From IMG/VR virus record IMGVR_UViG_3300029955_000001: a DNA stretch of 64,000 bases. One strand, 5' to 3'. A program made the translations under genes and the position numbers. The stretch is from a virus (Duplodnaviria > Caudoviricetes). The notes under the pieces were generated by a model. It was not told the origin of the DNA and made no database searches. It saw only the letters and a program-made list of their open reading frames with translations. This document shows positions 28,400 through 39,700 of this stretch, piece by piece; positions within the stretch are counted from its first letter, which is position 1, and each line of letters opens with the position of its first letter.

Positions 28400-30205
28400 A
28401 TCCCCACGTTGTTTACGTAAAGAGTACTTGATACCATTCACCGAATAAGTACCGTCTTCTTTTATTACGGGTAACTTAAACTCCATCGTAGATGTTGTCC
28501 CGTCTACCGGAGTAATTCTAACCTTATGTTTGTCATACGAACCTAAAACACTATCTTCACGTTCTACCTCATAGCCCGTTACTGCGATCCCGGCCTTCTG
28601 AACATTCATCACCATACCAGCCACATCTCGAGGCATGATATCAGTAACGTAGAGACGATCAAAATCATGTAAACTCGATTTCAACATACTCTTATCATGG
28701 ATAGTTTGTTTGTCGGCAATCGTAGTTACTGATTCGATAGCTAGTTGTTTTGGCTTAATATCAATAAACTTATCTAACGTCGTCTTGCCATCTGGCGAAA
28801 CGATTGTTCTATAAGACTTTGATAACGTTTCATAACGTCGATACTCTGCAGCTGATAAACGACCAATATCTGCTAAACGATCACACACCTTCATTACACC
28901 ATCTTCTAGTGTTACAGGTTCATCAATAATGATATCTTCATGATGGCTCGTTGTGCTGTCGTTATGCGATCCGACATGTGCTCTAGAAATAGCTTCTAGT
29001 TCTGCTAAGTCCTCATCTAACCGAGCATCTAATTCTGCACTATGCGTTATATCGGCACCAGTATCGTCAGCGTGATCAGAATGTAGTGGATCGTAAGTTA
29101 CTTCACTAGGTGGCGGGTTCTCTGTTTGCTTCAATTCTACAGCACCTGTAGCGCTGTTAATAACAGGTAATGATGTTGCTTGTGTAATAACAGGCGAAGC
29201 ATTAGGGGCTGTTTGTACAGATACGCTATTATCGGAAGAATCAGTAGCGGTAACCGTAATATCAGATTTAATATCAACAGGAGTATTTTCTTTATCCCGC
29301 TGAACTTCATCTGTAACATCCGGCGAAGCAACAGTGCGCGCGTGAAACAAAGCCATCATCAAACGTAAGAAACGTTTCTGAATTTGAGACGGCGTTAAGC
29401 CCTTTATATTTGCTTCTGGATCTTCTTCCAATTCTTCTTCAGTAGCAATGCGCCATGAATTTAATTTACCCAGGTTAATGGCAAACCAGCGATTAGATTC
29501 AATAAATATTAAATTAACCTTATTCATTTCACCATCAGGCACGTGTGATAAAACAGAAGTTTTTCTATTATCACCTAACCATTTATAAATCTCTAAAATC
29601 ATTAAGCTATCAGGATTATTAAAGATCTTTACGACATGTTGCGATATACCAGATGATCCTAACCGAAGATCTGGTAAACTAGGTAATACAGTAGGCAATC
29701 TACAAGTAATGAAATTTTCTCTATCAGAAGTCGCCGTTACTACCGCTATATTTTTCCACACAGCTGATTGTGTATTCCACCATTTATAATACTCACTATA
29801 AAACGAACGTGGGTAACGATACATTTCTTGAAGAAATCCGTAATTATAAATAACTAGTGTATTCGGATCACGAGTGCTTATTTCAAGTGTTTTCATAAAA
29901 CGAAAACGACGATTTTTACTATGGAAATGTCTTATTAGCCCCATTGGATTAATAGCGTGCCTTCTTGGCATTCCCTTCTCATCTCCTAATTCAGTAATAT
30001 GACCAACGTTAATTGGTTTTGAAATATTACGAAACAAGAAGTCGTCAGGATCGGGGCCCATCACTATTGGGCTAGTTGATACATAGTGTAAAATAGATCT
30101 CTTTGGTAAATCTAACAGATCCATTTTTGGACATGGTGGATTCATCAAGTGCTCTGCTATTCTTACGCCATATTTTCTATACCAAATGTCATAAAAAAGA
30201 TTCAT
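28400..30205 (-). CDS. rpoB: vRNAP beta subunit (phiKZ gp178-like), exon 1 of 4; spliced product about 1525 aa
   Basis: 602 codons ending LRKQRGD at the intron 5' splice site; exons of 602+548+305+70 aa join in frame. Confidence 0.88.
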
Positions 30206-30210
30206 TTTAA

Positions 30211-30379
30211 TTATCCATCTGTTAGATTATAAAGAACAAAAGCAACTGTTGCTACGTCTATGCTGGAAGTAAACCTACCATCTGTTCCAACATAAGCTCT
30301 CTTTTTAGTAAGGTACTCGTCTACTTCTTTAACTGCTTCGTCAGAGTACGTTGCGTTACTGCTGACAGTATCGCCATCA
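30211..30379 (-). CDS. rpoC: vRNAP beta-prime subunit (phiKZ gp180-like), exon 2 of 2; absent from the ORF track
   Basis: T + GAT GGC GAT ACT... = (F)DGDTVSSNATYSDEAVKEVDEYLTKKRAYVGTDGRFTSSIDVATVAFVLYNLTDG*; completes ADFDGD. Confidence 0.9.
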
Positions 30380-32168
30380 CTTACATATTACTTATATTCA
30401 TAGTAATATGTTACTTTACATCACTGTAAAGAATAGACTATATCTTTATCTTTTACTTTCATTGTAAGAAAGCAGTCAGATATCTCCCGTTTCGACGGAT
30501 CTCCCGATCGGTCTACTTCCTTGCGGAATAGTCGTTGAGCCTTATCCATGCCCTTGTGAGGTTTAGGATCTTGGTTGCTATAGGGATTCTTAGAATCCAC
30601 GGTTGCCTCACAGTTTATTAATAAAACAATATTAATAAAAGCAGTACTGAACGCGATTAACTTTCAGTATAATGTAATATTCTTAAGCATTCACGCTCTG
30701 GTTTTCACCACACGTTGTAGCTATTACACTTTAGAGGGTTTCCAGCAATTAAAGAGATTTATTTTCATAGGCATTTCGGCCTAAGGACTCTGATTGATAT
30801 TAAATTCTTTTTACTAAATATTGGTTTTTTATAAGTGACTTATTACTAATAGCGTGCATAATCATTCCATTTCCTCTATTAAGAAAAACAGATGCTTTTG
30901 CATAACTTGTAAATAATTGTTCAGTATTTGTTTTTGTATCAGTGACTATTACACCAGTTGTTTTTCCAACCGGATTAGCTAAGTATACAGTTATTTCATT
31001 TTCTGTATACACAGGCCATGGCGTTTCATCATTTTCCATTTTAAAATCATAACCTTTTAATGGTCGGTGATTTCTTTCATCTTTTAAATAAGAATGTATA
31101 GTCATAACTGCGCAGTTTGTTGCTCTGCTGCAATCAGCCACACTGGAATATGTATTTATAACGCCAGTTACAATATTGCGTGTTTTAACTGAAGTAGGTA
31201 CTCCAATATGAAGTTTACGATCAATTGTTTTTTCTTGGTCAGTAACTTCTCGCCACGACGTCGCGTCTGTTTTAAGTTTGAATTGTAAAAATCCAGGATA
31301 CACTGGTTGATTTTTAGCTTTTACACGATACTTAATTGTATCTTTGTTTAAGTTTAAATAATCTGCGCAGTCTACGTATCCTCTAAATTCTTTTACTTCA
31401 CCAGTAACAACATTACGCATTAGAACTGTGGAGTCTATATTTTGTAGACCATTTTTCCATGCGTGAATGTTATTGTCTTTTCTTGTGGACCATTCTAAAT
31501 TTTCTAATCTATCATCACCGGGTATTCCGTTAATGTGGTTTGTTACAAGTGAATCAACATTAACGGTGTAAGGAAGCCATGCAAGACAAATTAATCTATG
31601 TCTTCCTATTGATGTATCGTTACCAACATCTGGAGTGATTTTATATCTAGCATACCCTGTATCGAAAAAATATTTCAATACTCTACCACTGGTCGCGTTA
31701 ATAAGATTGCCAAATTTATTAATAGCGTAATTACTAAAGCCTGGTATGTATGCGTAATCTGAAAATTTATAATGAAGCATTCCGCCTTCTGGGAATTTCC
31801 ACACTAGGTTACTTGGGTGACAGTTCTTTTTATTACCATCGACAAACATTACATCTATTCGGTGCCAGTGATGAAAAGGAACTGCAATTCTTTTAAAAGT
31901 TAATGCAACTAATACTGCAACTTTATAGTTTTGATACCCGTTCCACAAACACGCATAAACTAATAAATTTCCATCAGCATCTACGGTGTGGGGAATAATA
32001 CTGTTGTCACTTCCTTTTACCTCTCCCTGGTAATTAATGGAGTAAGCATTACTGGTAATAGGAATTCTAAAAAAACCTTCTACTTCGATATATTTTTCGA
32101 ACATGTTATTTACTTATGTTGTATCTACATAGTATACATATTAGAAAAGAATTTAATAATTTTACTTA
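30380..32168 (-). mobile_element. Group I intron in the beta-prime catalytic motif, 1789 nt, with tandem-HNH ORF
   Basis: Guide GAGTC (30790-30786) pairs with exon GACTT; adjacent ATCA pairs with 3' exon TGAT (P10); P AATTGCTGGAAA, Q AGCAACCAAG, R GCTCAACGACTA, S AAAGATATAGTC; terminal G 30380. Confidence 0.92.
30800..32104 (-). CDS. Intron-encoded HNH homing endonuclease with duplicated (degenerate + intact) HNH modules
   Basis: First module DVMFVDGNKKNCHPSNLVW; second VTNHINGIPGDDRLENLEWST..DN..HA; C-terminal SVADCSRA-type repeats. Confidence 0.88.
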   Translation of the reverse strand: MFEKYIEVEGFFRIPITSNAYSINYQGEVKGSDNSIIPHTVDADGNLLVYACLWNGYQNYKVAVLVALTFKRIAVPFHHWHRIDVMFVDGNKKNCHPSNLVWKFPEGGMLHYKFSDYAYIPGFSNYAINKFGNLINATSGRVLKYFFDTGYARYKITPDVGNDTSIGRHRLICLAWLPYTVNVDSLVTNHINGIPGDDRLENLEWSTRKDNNIHAWKNGLQNIDSTVLMRNVVTGEVKEFRGYVDCADYLNLNKDTIKYRVKAKNQPVYPGFLQFKLKTDATSWREVTDQEKTIDRKLHIGVPTSVKTRNIVTGVINTYSSVADCSRATNCAVMTIHSYLKDERNHRPLKGYDFKMENDETPWPVYTENEITVYLANPVGKTTGVIVTDTKTNTEQLFTSYAKASVFLNRGNGMIMHAISNKSLIKNQYLVKRI

Positions 32169-33625
32169 AAGTCAGCTCCTAGTCGTGATAATTTAGCACT
32201 GTGTGGAATTGTACTATTTACAAACGCACCATCTTTAATAGGGAACTCATAAGCAGTGTGTTCAGCATCCATTGGTTCCCACTGATCATTCAGTTCTGAC
32301 CGTACTTCTGATACTGTTGTTGTCTTTACAAAAGCTTTGCTAGGGTAAATACTACCAACACCAGTAACAGGATAACGTGTAATGAATATTGGAAATTTAT
32401 TCAACTCAGTATAACAAGATAAATAAAGTAGTTCACAGAACGTCAATGGATGTACATCATCTTTATTTCTTTCCAATGGCAATTCGTCTATATCTTGAAT
32501 TAGCTTGAAAGTGTTATCGGGTCCTTTATAAATAAGACCAAGATAGTGCCCTTCGATAATAATTGGTTTATGCCTGATAGCTTCTTCTGAGAAACTTGTA
32601 AGGACTTTTTCTATTCCTTCATCTGTCATCCATTTATCGAAGTATTGTGGTTTTAAAGCTACTTCCTCACAATGTAAAGTATTAACATTGACCAGCTTAG
32701 CTGGCGCTCCTACTTCTGTGAATACTTTAGATAAGAACCCATGTCGAATATGATATCGTGCTACAGGCATAATAGATTTTAATAACTGATACAACCCAAC
32801 GATTGTGTTATTAAAACCTACAGTACCTGGCGCGCCTAAATAAGATACACTGGTATCCATTCCTGTAATGACATTACGTGTACCGTTCATCAAACCACGG
32901 GTTGCCCATTTACCTAGTAAGAGTTTATTCTTACCTTCTAACATGGCTTTGATAGTATTGTAAATTTCGTTAAAAGTTAGTTGTAAGTTATACCGTGCTC
33001 TGTCTAGCATTTCGGCATTGGTCTTTACAGCACTTTCAGAAATTGTATTTGCTATTGTTAGTAGCTGTCGGTAAAGTTTATTGATTTCATCTTCACGTGG
33101 GCGGCCATCTGGGCCTATTTCTACATCTCGATAACCAGCAGGCATAACCAGTACTTTTGGCGTTAAAGCAACTTTCTTATATTTATTTATCATGAGAATG
33201 CTTTGTTCGCGTAACGGACTGCCGGTTTGCTCAAACTCTATATTTTCCCAATGTTCAAGGAAGAAATTGAATCCTGTTTTACCAACTAGATTATTAGATC
33301 TTTCAAAATTCTTTAGTTCTTCATTCCAGGTAACATACTCTGTACCGTTAATAATACCACCATACAAGCGTTTAAGCTTAACAACTGCTTCGTAGATTAT
33401 TGGATGAAAAATAGGTATCTTAATATCGATAAAAGAGAAACGAAATAACCGTCTGTCATCTCCTTCTTTACCAAAAATAAGTGTAGAAAACAAACCATCT
33501 GGGTTGAATAAATTACTAGAGCCATCAAAGATATCTAGCTTAGTAACAGGTCGCATATTTTGGAGTTTATTGGGTGTAAGCTCCAAAAGAGTTATGTTAA
33601 AAGGTATATCAGAACGTTGTGCCAT
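32169..33625 (-). CDS. rpoC: vRNAP beta-prime subunit (phiKZ gp180-like), exon 1 of 2; spliced product about 541 aa
   Basis: FNPDGLFS..IFG, PAGYRD, GTRNVIT, ITRYP motifs; ends LGADF. Confidence 0.9.
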
Positions 33626-33708
33626 TAGGCTTCCTTTCTGTAATTAAAACAGATTACGCTAAAAGTATGAATAGTGACACTTAAAGCTTAACTCATTTGA
33701 GGTAATAC

Positions 33709-36700
33709 ATGGCTAATAAAACAAAGTTCGAATTAGACCAATTTGGATTCGATTCATCGTTAGATATTTCTAATCTTGATTTTAGCAAAGCACCTAAGAT
33801 TAAAAATGATCGATCGCCAACAACACATACTGCTATAGGAGTTGCGAAAGGTATAAAAAAGTCCGTTATTACTTCGGCTTTTATTACCAATGCAATTAAA
33901 GCTGCTCTTCCAAAAGGATATGGTACGGCAGCAGATTTTGTTGGAAAGTCCACAAGTGGCATTAAGAATCTATACAATGATACTGCTCGGGATATTAAAC
34001 CACTAATTAACGATATAAAACGGACAACAGATAAAGTTGTCACGGCAGCAGATTCGGCAATTCCAAAAAACATTGCTGAGAAAATAAAGAAATGGACAAA
34101 GATTGAACAGAGCGCGTATCGCAGTATGTCGCCGGAAGAACAACGCGATGCAGCTTTGCGCATGCAGCTAGGTGAGATTTTTAACTTACAAACGCAAACA
34201 ACATTAAAACAATCTGCCAGAGATACAGCTAGAGAAAACATTAAAACTGGACTAGAACATAGTAGACATAAAGATCAAATGTCGCAGCTGGACGCTATGC
34301 GGATTAGTCTTCAGCAGATAGCAAATTATCAGCAAAAAATAGATTCTGGTTTTCAGCGTAAATCTTTGGAACTACAGTTCCGCCATTACTACGTTGCAAA
34401 AGACACGTTAGAAGAAATGCGTGTTTTTAATACAAACGCAATGCTTCAGTATCAGACTATTGCAAAGAATACAGGCTTACCTGATTTTGTAAAGTTAAAG
34501 ACATCTGAACGCCTTAAAGAAGTTTTACGCAATAACTTTATTAACGCCGCTAGCGCTAAGATTGATGCAAAACGTAAAGCATTTTTTAAAGACTTTACTG
34601 ATAGTTTATTACGCCAAGCTAAAGGTAAGCTATCGGGCTTTAGCAACGGCGCTAGAGAAGGTATGGGATATGCTGATCACTTAGATCAAGCTGGTGGTAT
34701 GGCGAGTATGGCAGATAACCCGCATGAAGAACGTGGTGATATGGCAGGGACGTTTTTCGGAAGTTTATTATCTGGTTCACTAGGTACTTTTCTAGGTAAG
34801 AAAGCAAAACCACTAATAAATAAATATACTAAGGGGAAAGTTGGTAACAGCATTCATCGTGTTGGTCATAAGTTACAGTATTTTCACGACGATGCGCAAC
34901 AAGCCGCATTAGAAACAGCAAATAATTGGGACCCAAAGAAACATGGTAAAGTTCTAAATGCTGTTGCTAAGTTTCTTGGGGATGCTGTTAAGAACACAAC
35001 TATTTCATCTACGGGTTTAAAGAGCGATAATCTTAAAGACATGCAACAACCTGCTCCGTTTAGTAGGCAGATAGCAAAATCTATTACTGAAATTATCCCT
35101 GGTTATTTAGCACGCATGTTACGTGAAATGCAGATGACGCGTACAGGCAAACCATCTGAGCTTACGCATTATGATTTCACACGAAATAAATTTGTTGGGG
35201 AAACAACGCTTAGAAGAACTATTCATGAAAGCATTGTTAACAAGACCGCTGTTAAGGACATCAGAGCTAGCGCTGATAGAATAATTGATACTGTTGACAA
35301 GAATAAAAAATTATCACCAGAAGCACGTAAGCATATTGGTGAACAATTAGTTCGTAACAATATCATTAAGAATATATCGGGCACAAAACGTAATTTAACT
35401 GATGCTAAACATTTTCAAGGTAAAGCAGAGCCACATGCAGCTGCGTGGATTTCTGCTTATAACGAATATCTCGGTAACGATGAAGCTGGTCATAAAGAGA
35501 ATCATGTTCGTGAAATGTTTAGAGATGTCGGGCAACACATGGAAGATGTTCGTTCCACTGTTGAGGACTATGATACAGCTGGTTACGGTTCGCATCTTAG
35601 TAAAATGGGATTTACTAAGACCGGTGAAGACACAATCAGTGTTGCTACTCTTACGAAGAAAGAACGCGATCTTTTAATTAAGCTTGGTATTCTTTATAAG
35701 GATAGAAACTACATTAATGTTAGCGCTATTAATAGTGGTAATATTAAGTTGATTGAATCAATGGGTTTAAAAATACCTAGTGGCAACTATGTTAATTTGC
35801 AGGGAATTAGCGAGATGTACGCTAGTGGGTCTGGCGCAGATGAAGGTGATAGTGGTCCAGGTAGACGTCGTAGACGTTCTAGGGTTCCGTTTGGCCCTCG
35901 TAAACCACAAGGTCCTAGTGCTGGTTTACACGCTCCATCTTCTCATGCCGATCAGCAGTTTCAGCATAATACGCAACAACGCAATATGCAATCGAAATTC
36001 GATCATGAAACTCGAGAAGCTATGCGTCATCAAGGTAAACCGTTTGCACACCAGACTGGTAACAATCCGCTAAATAGTCCGGTTTATGAACATCATTTAA
36101 AGTTAGCAAAGGAACGTGCTAAGCAAATATCGAAAGAAAACGCGCAAGGACATTCTAACGCATCAAGGTTTGAAGCTTTCAAGAACTTTGGTAAGCGTAA
36201 GATGGCTGATTTGCATTCTTTTGCGGAACATCACCAAATTAATAATCGTGCACACGCCGCTGTTGGTGGGGTAAGGAATACCCTTGAAGACATGCTTCAT
36301 TTTGGAACGCATAAGGCATCAGAAGCTAAGACGATGTTTCACGGTGCTGTACATGAGGCACATGCTAAAGCAACAGCTTTTAAGGACTCAGTTAAAGAAG
36401 CAGATTTAAAGAATAAAGCTGCATCTCATACTGGCATGGCTAAAAATACTGCTTCAGGGTTGTTTGAAGCGGCGCATGATAAAGCGGTTGGTTGGAAAGA
36501 CAGAATCAAAGCTAAAGCAAAAGAAACAGTAACCGCAACGAAACACGCTGTTGAAGAATTAAGTAAGCACGGTATGTTCAAAAAACATATTGGGATGGCA
36601 GATTTAATTCCTGGTAAGAAAGGTAAGCCAGTATCTGCTTTAGCGTCAATCGATGCTACTCTAAAACGTATTGAGAAGAAACTTAAAGACGGCATTGGCA

Positions 36701-39700
36701 CAGGCGGTGGCACTGGTAAAGTAAAAGGTACGCACTGGTGGAATAAATCTGTGTTAGGTGCGGCCGGCGACCTAGGTATGGGCGCTGTACATCTTGCCGG
36801 ACATGCTGCTCATATGGCAAATAGTGTTGTTGGTGGTGCTTTTTCTAATGCTTGGAAAATTGGTAAGTTTGGTGTTAGTGCAACAGCTAACACACTTGGC
36901 TGGGGTAAAGACAAGCTAATGAACTTACGAGATGTCTGGGTAAAAGGAGAAGACAAACCACGTTTACTTGCTTCTAAATTAAGAAACGGTTATTACGTCG
37001 ATCAAAAGACAAGAAAACCTGTTAGAAAGTTTAAGGATATTACTGGCACGTTACTGGATGAAAACGGCGATATTGCTTTGTACGATTATGAAATACCTAG
37101 AGCTTATTTGAAAGGTAAGCTAGGAGCTGTTTTACTATCTTCTGTTGGTGCTGTATTCAAAGGTGTAAATAGTTTGGTTAACGCTTACACTGGTGTGATT
37201 GGCACTGCTGTTAAAGCAGGTATATGGACAGGTAAGAAATTATTTAGTTTAACAAAACGTCCACAAGACGTTTATTCCAGAGACGATCTTACTACGCCTA
37301 AATTAACAGCAAGAACAATGCGAGCAGGCGGTTATGTCTCAGCCGTCACTGGTAAAGTTATTAATCATCCTGGTGATATTGACGGCCCTGTAAACATGGT
37401 AGTAAATGGCAAAGTAGAGCAAGCAATGTCTGCTGCTGAGGTAGCTAGTGGTGTACTGGATAGGAATGGCAAACCAATTAAAACTGGTATTAGAAAACTA
37501 CTTGGCATAGCTGGCAGTATTATTGGTTTTGCTGGACGTCAAGCTATGTCAATTGGTAGAAGCATCAACAAGACCATTGGTCATGCTGTTACTGCTGGTA
37601 AACATGTTGTTGGTTTTGCTAAAGATACATTATTGCACGGTATTACCGGTTGGGGTAAGGATCACACTGGAACTAGCATTGGTAAAAAGGGTGCTGATAT
37701 TGGCATTAAATTACTAACAGAAATTCGCAACATATTAAAATCTAGATTACCAGAATCTAAGAAGCATATTCTTGGTGATATAGATGGAAGTGGAATTCGT
37801 GAAGGTAGTTTTCAAGATGAAGTGCGTAAAGGTTTAGTCCCAGGAGAATCTTCATTAGATGCTTACGCTAAAGCACATCCTTCTAGTGGTGGTAAAGGCG
37901 GTGTCCTTGGAATGCTTGGCGGGTTATTTGGTAAGAAAGATAAGGGTGAAGGTGGCGATGGTAAGAAAGACGAGGAAGGTCACCCAGTTCGTGATATGGT
38001 AGAAGGTGAGTTAGTTGAACGTGGTATTGAGAAAGGTGCTGGTAAGTTTGGTCGTGCTTTAAAGTGGACCAAAAACTTAGCAAAGGGAGGGGCTAGTAAA
38101 GGTCTTAAACTTCTTTCAAAAATACCTGGTTTAAGTAAGTTCGCTAAACTCGCAGCGATGTTAGGCGGTACTGCTGAAGCTGCTAATTTAGCCGGTAGTG
38201 CTTTATCAAGCACTAGTGCCGCGCCTGGTGTAATGGAAGCCGGTGGGGTTGCCAGTAAAGCGGGAATATTATCTAGAGTAGCAGGGATTGGTAAAGCTGG
38301 TTTAGGCATGGCTAAAGGCGCAATGAGTGGTATAGGTGGATTAGCAGGTAAACTACTCATGCCGTTGACTGCTCTTATGTCAGCTGGTGAAGGAATTGCT
38401 GGCGAAGCTAATGGCCAAAGAATAGATAGTATTGGTAAGGTTATCCCAAAAGGCTGGGGTATGCTTAACCCGTTTGAGTGGGCGATGAATGGCGGTCGTT
38501 ATGCTGGCAATAAAATTAATTCTGGTTTAGATAGCATTACTGGTGGTCAGGGTATAGGTAGTAAAATTTACGACTGGACGCATGGTGATGAAGCTAAGAA
38601 ACTATCAACAGCATCTACACCTGAAGCAATTGCAGCTGCTAAAGCTAGGATAGAAAAAGCCAAGATAGATAGAGCTAAAACACAAGCGGAAGCTAATGCA
38701 GCAGGTAATAATGCTTCTGGTGTTCCATCTACATCGGACGCTAATCGTTCTGTGAATTCAGCAGAAGACTTAACAAACGATGAACGTGATAAACTGACTA
38801 CAATGACGCATGGTCAGAAACTTGCGTACATGGCTTCTAAGAACACTGCTAAAACACATAAAGCTGAATCAGGGATTAATCCAGGTCCTGGGCCGATGCC
38901 TGTGTCAGCCGCCGCTTTAGCAGCACTTGCTCCTCCTAAACCTAAACCATTAACACCTGAAGAAAAAGCAGCGGCTGATAAAGCAAAAGCAGATAAAACT
39001 GCTAAAGCTAAAGCTGCTGCTGTAGCTGCCGCTCCTAAAGAAGAAGGTTTCTGGAGTAGAGTAGGCAGTAGCATATCAGAAGGAGCCAGTACCGCTTACA
39101 ATGGTGCAATTAACGCAACGGGAGCAGGGATTGATGCTGTTGCTAATGCTGACTATTCTGTAAAAGGCATAGCTAACATGGGACACCATGCTGTTGCTGG
39201 CGCTAGTAATCTGTACAAAAGCGCTGTTAGTGCAACAGCATCAGGTATTGAGAACACAGTCAATACGGTGAAGTCTGGTGTATCTGCTGTTAAAAGCGCG
39301 TATAACTCTGCTGTAGATACTGCTGCTGATGCAATGATGGCCGTAGCTGGTGCCCCTAGAAAGGCAGCAGAGGCCGCTAGAGCAACGTATAACAAAGCGA
39401 TTGCTCTCGCATCAGATGGAATGCTTGCTCTTGCCACAGGCCCTTCTATCGTAGGTAAAGCTTATAACGCTGCGGTAGATAAAACAGCAGACGCTATGTT
39501 AGTTGCTTCAGGACTTCCATCAAAAGCTGCAAAAACTGCTAGAGAGGAATATAACAAAGCAATTGCTGCTGCTGGTAGCGCGTATGGTTTTGCAGTAAGT
39601 ACTGTGAAGAGTGGGATAGCGGCTGTTGGTAAGTCCGTTTCTGGTGTCGTAAATGATGCAAAAGCCGGATGGAATGAAGTAGATGAAAACGGTAATGAAG

